This document shows positions 48,253 through 56,607 of a stretch of 64,000 nt of DNA, piece by piece. The DNA comes from Opitutales bacterium. GTDB lineage: Bacteria; Verrucomicrobiota; Verrucomicrobiia; Opitutales; JAFGAQ01. The notes under the pieces were generated by a model that was not told the DNA's origin, ran no database searches, and saw only the letters and a list, made by a program, of their open reading frames with translations. How positions within the stretch are numbered: the stretch's first letter is position 1; each line of letters opens with the position of its first letter. Location: positions 10,079-74,078 of the forward strand of contig JAKSBQ010000390.1 in assembly GCA_022361075.1 (NCBI GenBank), written 5' to 3'. Both the position numbers and the translations under genes were made by a program.

Positions 48253-48789
48253 TTAGAACTTGTTCATCCACATCATAGACTCCACTGGCAAAGGAGTTCG
48301 CTCGTTGTATTTCGCGTTCTTCTTCTCAGAGTATAGTGTAGCAACATCTCCCGATACTTCGAAATAGATGATCTGCGCAATCGGCATTCCTTCGTAAACT
48401 CTCACGGGTTGGTGCACCGAGATCTCAAGTGTCCAATAATTGCAGAATCCCACGTCACCTTTGCCCGCCGTAGCGTGAATATCGATGCCGAGACGGCCCA
48501 CACTGGACTTTCCTTCCAGAAACGGAACGTGTTTGTGGGTCTCGGTGTACTCTTTAGTCACCCCGAGGTAGGTCCGACCTGGGAAAAGCACGAACCCTTC
48601 CGGGTCGATTTTGAATCGATCGATTTGATTGTGCTTCTTTGCATCCAAAATTTCATCGCGATAGATCGCAAGATCCCCTCCGAGATGAACATCGTAACTG
48701 TTTGCACCCAGTTTGGAGTCGTCGAATGGATCAATCACAATAGAGCCTTCTCCGATCGCCTCCTTAATTTTGGTATCCGTCAAAATCAT
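48253..48789 (-). CDS. dcd: dCTP deaminase
   Basis: MILTDTKIKEAI...GANSYDVHLG, GKSSVGRLGI and a trimeric dUTPase-like pattern. Confidence 0.88.
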   Translation of the reverse strand: MILTDTKIKEAIGEGSIVIDPFDDSKLGANSYDVHLGGDLAIYRDEILDAKKHNQIDRFKIDPEGFVLFPGRTYLGVTKEYTETHKHVPFLEGKSSVGRLGIDIHATAGKGDVGFCNYWTLEISVHQPVRVYEGMPIAQIIYFEVSGDVATLYSEKKNAKYNERTPLPVESMMWMNKF

Positions 48790-48943
48790 GAGTTTAGCGT
48801 GACCGACTTTCAGTATTTTTCCAGTTTCAAATCACAAAACGAAAATGGATTTGCGAACCCACCCAGATCTAGCTAGAAGCAAAATTACTCCTGCATATCC
48901 CCAATGATTCGCAGTCCTTGCAATCCCAAGCAACCCAACTTCT

Positions 48944-50584
48944 TTGATTTCCTCCGACCCTCAAGAAATAGTTGTTACCGAACGTGCGCCGTTGCTGTGG
49001 ATTTTTTTGCCTTGGATGCTCGGGCAAATCGTTTTTATGCACGTTCAAAAGATTCCTTCCGTCATCATCGCTCTGTTTTTGGTAATCTCCTCATGCACGA
49101 TGACGATCATCCATCTCCACAAAGATGATGAAAAGACGAAAAACTACCGCCGATTACTCTGGTATTTCAGTCTGATCCTTTGCGTCTTTCTTTCTGCGAT
49201 TCTATATTTGAGGTTGAGATACGAATCCCAACCCAACGATCCACCTACCGTCCCCAAGGAGCTCACCCTAAAGCTCGAAGTTCGATCCCTAAAATCGACT
49301 CCTATTGTCACAAAAGAAAACTACAGTTTCGTGGCAACAGCACAAGATCCTCCCAAAACCTATCCTTACGACGCTCGAATTCCCATCCACTGCTTTCTTG
49401 AATCTTCCGAAACCTTTCCACTTCTGACGGAAGGTTCATTCATCTCAGCCAAAGGTGTCCTAACTGCAAAACCTGAACCTTGGGGCATCGAACTCCATTA
49501 TTCCAGAGGAGTGATCAAAACAATAGATCATCTGGAAAATGGAGCGGAATCGCATCAGCAAGCAATCAAAAGACATTTGGTTGCGTGTTTGGATGAGGGA
49601 TGGTTCGGCTCCTTGGGTTTCTCCACCTACACGAAATCGATGATCACAGGAGACAAATCCTTTTTAACCGAGGAACAACGAAGCGCTTTTCAACGAGCGG
49701 GAATTATTCACTATCTGGCAATAAGCGGATTTCACCTCTCCGTGGTAGCAGCTTTCGCCTACTGGATTTTCAGAACTGTTCGTCTTTCACGGATAGCGTC
49801 TCAGTCAATAACCCTCGTCATATGCTTGATTTACATCTGGGTCACTGGATTTCCGGTCTCCGCCCAACGAGCTCTTTTATTCATCTTCCTTTTCTTTGTT
49901 GCGCAAATAGCGTGGCGTAAACCAAGTTTGCTTTCTGCAACCATTGCAGGTGCCTGGATCATCATCCTGATCGAACCCAGACAGCTCTCATCTCCGGGCT
50001 ACCAGTTGTCATTCATCGTGGTTATCTCCATCATCTGCTACGCACTGCCGCTTTACAGACGTTTGAGCAAATTGCCCAAACGAGTTTCGTCGGACACGCT
50101 GGCTCATCGCACTTGGTATCATGGACTACTGCGTAACTCCAGGAACTACTTCCTGGGTTCCGTTTGCGTATGTTGGGCAGCTTTTTGGATCAGTTTGCCG
50201 GTCGTCTCCGCCTATTTTTCATGGATTCCATGGTGTGCCTTGCTAGTAAATCCTATTGTCGCACCACTTTTCGCAGTTGGTCTCGTCGTTGGCTGGGTGT
50301 CAATTATGTGTCACTCCATTAGGATCGTTACGTTTTCTACGCTTCTCAATCAGTTCAACAACCTACTGTTTGGTTGGATTGATCAGTTTGTCCTGTTTGT
50401 ATCTAACACACCACTTAGCGGTCAAAGGTTCGAGTTTTCACCTTTTTTCCTCGCGATCACCATGTTGATCAATATCAGCCACCTCCTTGTTCTGGATCTC
50501 AACAAATCAAAGCACTTTTCTTCATTTGCGATTTTACCTGGAACCGTATTGTTGATGATCGGCACGCAGACCCTTCTGTCCTGA
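48944..50584 (+). CDS. ComEC/Rec2-family membrane protein (no metallo-beta-lactamase domain)
   Basis: 546 aa, multi-TM. The competence-domain block is QRSAFQRAGIIHYLAISGFHLSVV. The apparent start is TTG 48944, so the start is uncertain. Confidence 0.75.
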   Translation: MISSDPQEIVVTERAPLLWIFLPWMLGQIVFMHVQKIPSVIIALFLVISSCTMTIIHLHKDDEKTKNYRRLLWYFSLILCVFLSAILYLRLRYESQPNDPPTVPKELTLKLEVRSLKSTPIVTKENYSFVATAQDPPKTYPYDARIPIHCFLESSETFPLLTEGSFISAKGVLTAKPEPWGIELHYSRGVIKTIDHLENGAESHQQAIKRHLVACLDEGWFGSLGFSTYTKSMITGDKSFLTEEQRSAFQRAGIIHYLAISGFHLSVVAAFAYWIFRTVRLSRIASQSITLVICLIYIWVTGFPVSAQRALLFIFLFFVAQIAWRKPSLLSATIAGAWIIILIEPRQLSSPGYQLSFIVVISIICYALPLYRRLSKLPKRVSSDTLAHRTWYHGLLRNSRNYFLGSVCVCWAAFWISLPVVSAYFSWIPWCALLVNPIVAPLFAVGLVVGWVSIMCHSIRIVTFSTLLNQFNNLLFGWIDQFVLFVSNTPLSGQRFEFSPFFLAITMLINISHLLVLDLNKSKHFSSFAILPGTVLLMIGTQTLLS

Positions 50585-50634
50585 ATCCCAAAAAAGAAAC
50601 TGGAAAAAGCAGGCGCTTGTTTTATGTTGAGGGA

Positions 50635-50922
50635 ATGAAGAGTGCCTATGAACTGGCTATGGAACGCCTTGAAGCATCCGATCCCGATTCCAAGATCGAA
50701 TTGAACGATGATCAGCGTCGGGAAATCTCTGAGTTAGAGAAAAAATTCAAAGCCAAAATCGCAGAAAAAGAAGTTTTCCTAAACAAACCGCTTCAACTAG
50801 CCCGCGAGCAAGGAAACAAGGAGGAAGAAATCCTTCTAGTTAAACAACTATCGGCAGAAAAGGAGCGTTTAAACGAAGAGCTGGAAATCGCAAAAGAACG
50901 CGTCCGAAAAAAACAAAGTTAA
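50635..50922 (+). CDS. hypothetical coiled-coil protein
   Basis: About 95 aa and K/E-rich (MKSAYELAMERLE...). Its stop overlaps the def ATG (TAATG). Confidence 0.5.
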   Translation: MKSAYELAMERLEASDPDSKIELNDDQRREISELEKKFKAKIAEKEVFLNKPLQLAREQGNKEEEILLVKQLSAEKERLNEELEIAKERVRKKQS

Positions 50923-51503
50923 TGCAGACATTACGCATCACTCACTACGGCGAACCGATTCTGACTCAAAAAGGTGAAGCCATCGAACAATTTGATGACA
51001 ACCTGCGGAATCTGGCGGATCAGATGCTCCACACAATGTACGAAGCAAATGGTATCGGTTTGGCAGCTCAACAGATTGATCAAGCCAAACGGATGTGCGT
51101 GGTGGATGTGCTTTTTGAAGACGGACCTCCTTCTTTCAACTATAAGCTTGATGGCAGGGTTCCTCCGGCCGACCTGTTCATGCCCATGGCGCTGGTCAAT
51201 CCTGAAATCAAAAGCTTTGGAGAAAAAACGGAACCTTACGAGGAGGGTTGCTTGTCTTTTCCTGACATTAGAGGTGATGTGATTCGGCCGACTGAAATTG
51301 TGGTCGAATACCAAGATCTCGATGGAGCTCCACACTCTCTCGAATGCGATGGAATCCTGGCGAGATGCATTCAACACGAGATCGACCATTTAGATGGTGT
51401 TCTTTTCATAGACCGAATGGACCATAAAACGCTGGGAACCATCAAGACGGTGGTGAAAAAACTAAAGAAACAAACTCTAAAAAAAATGTCATCAGAGAAA
51501 TAA
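50922..51503 (+). CDS. def: peptide deformylase
   Basis: GIGLAAQQI, EGCLSFP and HEIDHLDG metal-binding motifs. Confidence 0.93.
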   Translation: MQTLRITHYGEPILTQKGEAIEQFDDNLRNLADQMLHTMYEANGIGLAAQQIDQAKRMCVVDVLFEDGPPSFNYKLDGRVPPADLFMPMALVNPEIKSFGEKTEPYEEGCLSFPDIRGDVIRPTEIVVEYQDLDGAPHSLECDGILARCIQHEIDHLDGVLFIDRMDHKTLGTIKTVVKKLKKQTLKKMSSEK

Positions 51504-51504
51504 C

Positions 51505-52866
51505 ATGATGAATCCGCCATTTTCAGTCTTAATCGCTGACGACCAGGAAGACATCGTCAAAGCCCTTCGCCTTCTCCTAAAAAGCGAAGGCTATCAAGTA
51601 ACCACCGTACACACACCCGAGGACGTGATCGACCAGGTGAGGAGACGGGAATATGATGCCGCACTGCTCGACCTCAACTACAGCAGGGACACTACTTCAG
51701 GAAAAGAGGGACTGGCACTTGTTGAAGAGCTAAAATCGATTGATTCGGAATTACCCATCGTGGTCATGACCGCATGGGCGTCTGTAGACCTCGCTGTCGA
51801 AATCATGAAGAAAGGAGCACGGGATTTCATCACCAAACCTTGGGAAAATGAACGGCTCGTTGCGCTCATCCAAAATCAGTGCGAATACGCTCGGGTTCTT
51901 CGACAAGGTAAACTCCTGAAGGCGGAAAACGAAGTTCTCAGGTCCGAACAGAAGGTCGATTTCCTTTCGCAATCCGAATCGATGAAACCTGTCATCGAAA
52001 TCATTGAAGCAGTGGGTCCGTCCGATGCGAATGTCCTCATCACCGGCGAGAATGGTACCGGTAAAGGTGTGATTGCGAAGATCCTTCATGAGAGGAGCGA
52101 GAGAGCTCAACTTCCGTTCATCAGCGTGAATATGGGGGGCTTACCCGAGGGTATTTTTGAAAGTGAATTATTTGGACACGTCAAAGGTGCATTCACTGAT
52201 GCCAAATCTGACCGGGCTGGGCGGTTTGAACTTGCCGATCAGGGGACCCTCTTCATGGACGAGATCGGCAACATTCCAATGAGCCAACAAAACAAGCTGC
52301 TCAGACTCTTAGAGACAGGAGAGTTTGAGCGGGTGGGTTCGTCCAAAACAAAGCAGGTCGATGTCAGAATTGTAAGCGCGACCAATGCGGACATGGCCGA
52401 AACCGTGCAATCTGGATCGTTTCGCCAGGACCTTCTCTACCGCCTCAATACGATCCACATCCATCTGCCACCTCTAAGGGAACGATTAGAGGACATTTCT
52501 TTGCTAGCCGACCACTTCCTCTCGCGTCACACGGAGAAGTACAAAAAGTCGATATCTGGATTTGCCAGTTCAGCGATGGAATCAATGGAACGATACGAGT
52601 GGCCAGGTAATATCAGAGAGTTGGACCACTGTGTGGAACGGGCAGTGCTGATGTGCAAAGGCGAACAAATTGAACCGGGCAATCTTGGCCTGCATGGGGG
52701 TGGGCAAAGTCAGTTCAACATCGACGACATGAGTCTCGAAGATATCGAAAAGCTCTTTATTCAGAGAACGCTCACCAAGCATGAAGGCAACGCCACTGAG
52801 GCAGCCAAATCTTTGGGGCTTTCGAGAAGCGCTTTCTACAGAAGACTACAAAAATTCGGTCTCTAG
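51505..52866 (+). CDS. sigma54-dependent response regulator (NtrC family: REC-AAA+-Fis HTH)
   Basis: REC domain (VLIADDQ...LLDLNY), Walker A GENGTGKG, ESELFGH, a sigma54-contact loop reading GAFTDA (canonical GAFTGA) and a C-terminal HTH (ATEAAKSLGLSRSAFYRRLQKFGL). No histidine kinase is adjacent. Confidence 0.88.
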   Translation: MMNPPFSVLIADDQEDIVKALRLLLKSEGYQVTTVHTPEDVIDQVRRREYDAALLDLNYSRDTTSGKEGLALVEELKSIDSELPIVVMTAWASVDLAVEIMKKGARDFITKPWENERLVALIQNQCEYARVLRQGKLLKAENEVLRSEQKVDFLSQSESMKPVIEIIEAVGPSDANVLITGENGTGKGVIAKILHERSERAQLPFISVNMGGLPEGIFESELFGHVKGAFTDAKSDRAGRFELADQGTLFMDEIGNIPMSQQNKLLRLLETGEFERVGSSKTKQVDVRIVSATNADMAETVQSGSFRQDLLYRLNTIHIHLPPLRERLEDISLLADHFLSRHTEKYKKSISGFASSAMESMERYEWPGNIRELDHCVERAVLMCKGEQIEPGNLGLHGGGQSQFNIDDMSLEDIEKLFIQRTLTKHEGNATEAAKSLGLSRSAFYRRLQKFGL

Positions 52867-52873
52867 AATTCCA

Positions 52874-53656
52874 CTAAAGCTCTTTGGGGTAAACCACTCC
52901 GTCTTCAATCGTTGCGTAACAAGACTGCCTTCCGTCCAAGCAATAACTTTTCCCACTCTTTCTCCAGGTGCGGTCAATGGTGTGCCCCACGATCTGAGGA
53001 AACGGTAGTTCATCCTTGAATTCTTTGTTCCAATCCATCCACAACGGACCTCCGGTTTTTAAATCACCTCCACGTGCGTATCCCGCTCTGAAAACCGGGA
53101 GTAAATCACCATGTTCATCCGTCGGATGGTCCAGACAGTCGTTCAAAGCATTGATATTTTCATGAACCGACATCTTGAGTGACCAATGCTCGGGACTAAA
53201 GCCAGCATGACTAATAAGATACCCATCAAACATGGTCACCATCCGAATGCTCCGCCAGAAATCATCGAAACAAAAAAAAGTCTCGAGAGTGTCCTCGTCG
53301 ACTCTCGGATGGCCATAATAGTTTACGCACGATCCATGCGGGAAATTAGGCTCTTCCACGTTTTTCCACTTAAAATAGTAAACCGCATCATGGTTCCCCA
53401 AAAGATAATGGATTTTCTGCTGGCCAACATTTCCAAATAGCCATTCCAGTTTCTTGAAACACCGCTGAAGGGAATCGGTCGAAACATAGCCAGCCTCCTT
53501 TGAATCAAAAAGATCTCCGAGAAAGATGATTTGATCAAATGCATCAGGGTCCTCCGAATGAAAGACCCCATCCAGAAAGTCATGATTTTGATGAATGTCC
53601 GGAATCACTAGAGCTTTTTTGCGAGTTTCTTTCATCGATTTCCGAATTACAGACAA
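52874..53656 (-). CDS. calcineurin-like metallophosphoesterase
   Basis: VIPDIHQNHD, FLGDLFD and LLGNHD motifs. It lies 20 nt downstream of the Wzc-like gene. Confidence 0.8.
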   Translation of the reverse strand: MSVIRKSMKETRKKALVIPDIHQNHDFLDGVFHSEDPDAFDQIIFLGDLFDSKEAGYVSTDSLQRCFKKLEWLFGNVGQQKIHYLLGNHDAVYYFKWKNVEEPNFPHGSCVNYYGHPRVDEDTLETFFCFDDFWRSIRMVTMFDGYLISHAGFSPEHWSLKMSVHENINALNDCLDHPTDEHGDLLPVFRAGYARGGDLKTGGPLWMDWNKEFKDELPFPQIVGHTIDRTWRKSGKSYCLDGRQSCYATIEDGVVYPKEL

Positions 53657-53676
53657 CCACCCATTCTCTCATCTGC

Positions 53677-55893
53677 TTAGTAGGCTCGTCCGTAAGCTTT
53701 GTAGTAATAATGAGAGTAGTAGTAACTCGTTACTCGATTAGGGACATTGTTCATGACACTCCCAAAAATGGGTGTTTGAGTCTCGGCAATCCTTCTGATG
53801 CTGCCTTGAGCAGCCCTCATCTTCACCGTGTTGTAAGAAATGACATACACAACGCCGTCCACCAAATTGAGAAGATTTAGCGCATCACTAACAGCCCCTA
53901 CCGGAGGTGAATCCAAAACGATTTTGTCATAGTTTTTGCTCAGTTCATTCAAAAGACTTTCGAACTCCTGGCTATTCAAAATCTGTATCGGATTTTTGGA
54001 CTCACCGAAAACTGGCAGCACATCCATGTCGTGAGCAAAATCTTTAAGGATAAGATCATCAAGCGCAGCTCCTTCACTGAAATACTCTAAAAATCCCTTC
54101 TCGTTTTTGATATCCAACAAACGAGCAACATTGGGAAGACGCAGATCACAGTCGATCAGTAAAGTCTTGCAACCGTGACTCGAGAAGGACTGACATAAAT
54201 TGGAAGCAATCGTGGATTTTCCCTCTCCAGGCACGGTACTGGTTACCAGGAGAACTTTAGACTCCCTGCTTTCTTCGTTAATCTGCAGACTGGAGTACAA
54301 CGATCGAAACGACTCGACAATGTGATTGTGTTTCTGGCTCAGAACGGCGACCGCTCGCTCTCTAAAATCCTTTTTCCCAAGAAATCTCGGAATCACACCA
54401 AGAATCTGCAGGCCCAGCGTGTCCTCCACGTCGGACATCGTTTTGATTCGATCATCAAAAAAGGCCAAAAGGAAAATAAACCCGAATCCCAGCACAATGC
54501 CCCCGATAAAACCTGCGGCAAGATTCAGGAGGACTCTCGGAGAAGAGGGATCTTCCGGAGGAATGGCCCGGTCGATGATTTGTACATTCGAATTTTGCCA
54601 GCTCGTTTCGGCCTCTCGTTTGCTCAGCTCGCTTGTAAGAATTTGGTAGAAATTTTTCTCAACCTCAAGATCCAGCAGAATGCTGTTATAATCTGTTTTG
54701 ATCTTGCTGATTTCGATGAGATCGGACTGCTGCAATTCAAGATTTTTTCTGGAAAGCTCGTAGTTGGTTTTTGCCTGCTCAAAGTCAGCAAAAATCTTCG
54801 CTTTAGCCGAGTTCACAGCGCTTCCGAGCTCTGCATCAATCTCAGAAAGCTGCCGGATGGCCTCGATCATCTTTGGGTGCTTCTCTCTGTATCTCTCTTT
54901 CAACGAAGCAATCGTAATGTTTTGAGAAGATCGAACCGCCTGCATTTCGGCGACTAGTGGGTTCGAGGCGATAAACGACAAATCCCAAAGTGGGTTGCCT
55001 TCTTCCTCATATCGTCTAATCAGGTCCACCTGCGTCTGAAGGGCACTGAAATGATTTCGATCCTGAATGAGGATTTGGTTTAGCTGCTGCAGTTGCTGCG
55101 CGGCGATGTTTTCATTCTCATCCACGGATACAGTCGCATGCCTTTCCTTGTATTCCGCAGCCTGAAGTTCCAGCTCACGAACTTTCTTCCGTTGTTCTTT
55201 GGCCTTCCTTTTCAGGTCACTTACTGATTTGCGAGCCTCATCCAAATTGAGATTGATGTTATACTTACGATACTCTTCGGCAAAATAGTTAGCTACTTTC
55301 GCAGCGATAACAGGGTTTGGATGGGTGAACGTGATATCAGCGATCAAGCTGCCTCTGACGGGTCTGATTTCTCTATTTTCAAACAATATGTTCTGAGTAA
55401 ATAGCGGACCTTGAAGCTCTGCCTTTTTTCCCTCAAAAGGTTCCAAAAACAACCGCCTCTCTTCCCCTCTTATTCGCTCATCAACCGCATTAATGATCGA
55501 TATGCTCTCCATGATCCGAATTTGCGTACTGATGTCTTCCGAATTCGCGATTCGGTCATTTTCATCAATCATTTGACCGGGGTTCATCATCGGACTGACA
55601 TCGCTACGAAGAATCCGCACACGGGCTCCAGATGTGAACTGTTTGGTCTGAGTCAGCGTATAGAACACGACACCACCAAAAACCACGAGGAAGACAAAAA
55701 GAAGATGCCAAAACCTCTCTCTTATGATAATGAAATAATCGAGCAGGCTTTTCCGGGGTCCGGCATCATAATCATTCCCATATGACGGTCCGTAATTACT
55801 GAAACTGGCTCCTGGGTATCCATATTTTCCTGAGTAATTTGGTCCCCCTCCTCTTTCATTGGGAAAACCCTCTGGGCCTTGTCGGTTTGCCAT
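53677..55893 (-). CDS. polysaccharide co-polymerase / BY-type tyrosine autokinase (Wzc/GumC-like)
   Basis: Two TM segments flank a long coiled-coil periplasmic region. The C-terminal kinase has Walker A PGEGKST and a Tyr-cluster tail (VTSYYYSHYYYKAYGRAY). I chose the start at ATG 55893 (MANRQGPEG...). Confidence 0.85.
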   Translation of the reverse strand: MANRQGPEGFPNERGGGPNYSGKYGYPGASFSNYGPSYGNDYDAGPRKSLLDYFIIIRERFWHLLFVFLVVFGGVVFYTLTQTKQFTSGARVRILRSDVSPMMNPGQMIDENDRIANSEDISTQIRIMESISIINAVDERIRGEERRLFLEPFEGKKAELQGPLFTQNILFENREIRPVRGSLIADITFTHPNPVIAAKVANYFAEEYRKYNINLNLDEARKSVSDLKRKAKEQRKKVRELELQAAEYKERHATVSVDENENIAAQQLQQLNQILIQDRNHFSALQTQVDLIRRYEEEGNPLWDLSFIASNPLVAEMQAVRSSQNITIASLKERYREKHPKMIEAIRQLSEIDAELGSAVNSAKAKIFADFEQAKTNYELSRKNLELQQSDLIEISKIKTDYNSILLDLEVEKNFYQILTSELSKREAETSWQNSNVQIIDRAIPPEDPSSPRVLLNLAAGFIGGIVLGFGFIFLLAFFDDRIKTMSDVEDTLGLQILGVIPRFLGKKDFRERAVAVLSQKHNHIVESFRSLYSSLQINEESRESKVLLVTSTVPGEGKSTIASNLCQSFSSHGCKTLLIDCDLRLPNVARLLDIKNEKGFLEYFSEGAALDDLILKDFAHDMDVLPVFGESKNPIQILNSQEFESLLNELSKNYDKIVLDSPPVGAVSDALNLLNLVDGVVYVISYNTVKMRAAQGSIRRIAETQTPIFGSVMNNVPNRVTSYYYSHYYYKAYGRAY

Positions 55894-55912
55894 CAGTAAA
55901 AAAGTCTTAAGT

Positions 55913-56512
55913 CTAAAGCAATCGTTCGGGGACGTAAACTGAGTCACCTTCCTTCAAGATGTATTCTTTTGAATCCACTTCTCCCATCATCTTGTCTGCG
56001 TTAATCGTAAACACTTCTTTCTCGCCGTCTTCGTTAATCCTTGTGACCTGAACCGAAGACCTTCTCGCCAACCGAGTGAAACCTTTTGCTCTCGAAATCG
56101 CCTCGACTAACGTCAGTTCCCTATCGAATGGAATTTCTACAGGCCCCGGTGCATTTACTTGCCCCAAAACATCAACTTCACGAGGTTTATACTCCAAAAC
56201 AAGCACACTGACCTGTGGATTAACCAAATAATCTTTGTCGTAAAGATACCGAATTCTTTCTTGTGCCTCTGAGATCGAAATACCTCCAACTTTAACTCGA
56301 TTAATCAAAGGGAGGACAATGGTGCCGTTCGCTTCGATTCTTACTTCCTTGTTTAAATCAGGCTCCTGAAAAACTTGGATTTGAATGAGATCTGAAGGTC
56401 TCAACAAGTAGTTCGACATCTCACCAGGTCTGACCGAAGTTTCGCTCCACAGATCAGCTGCAAAACAGCCACCCAAACACAACAGTGCACAAAAAAAGCG
56501 AAACGTTTTCAT
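55913..56512 (-). CDS. short outer-membrane polysaccharide export (OPX/Wza-family) protein
   Basis: Signal peptide, a Poly_export block (YLLRPSDLIQIQVFQEPDLNKEVRIEANGTIVLPLINRVKVGGISISEAQ) and one SLBB-like domain. At only 199 aa there is no C-terminal OM-spanning helix region. Confidence 0.82.
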   Translation of the reverse strand: MKTFRFFCALLCLGGCFAADLWSETSVRPGEMSNYLLRPSDLIQIQVFQEPDLNKEVRIEANGTIVLPLINRVKVGGISISEAQERIRYLYDKDYLVNPQVSVLVLEYKPREVDVLGQVNAPGPVEIPFDRELTLVEAISRAKGFTRLARRSSVQVTRINEDGEKEVFTINADKMMGEVDSKEYILKEGDSVYVPERLL

Positions 56513-56555
56513 AAAGAGTGATAGTAAGCGTAATCAGACTTTGGACCACGCCTAC

Positions 56556-56572
56556 GGCAAGTCAATGTCCAA
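56556..56572 (-). promoter_or_regulatory. candidate sigma54 (-24/-12) promoter upstream of the OPX gene
   Basis: The minus strand reads TTGGACATTGACTTGCC. This is GG-N10-GC spacing with a perfect -12 TTGC but a weak -24 (TGGACA versus TGGCAC). The element (56556-56572) ends about 44 nt upstream of the ATG at 56512. Confidence 0.25.
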
Positions 56573-56607
56573 AAAGAAACACCCACAAGCTGATGAAGAA
56601 GTTGGCC

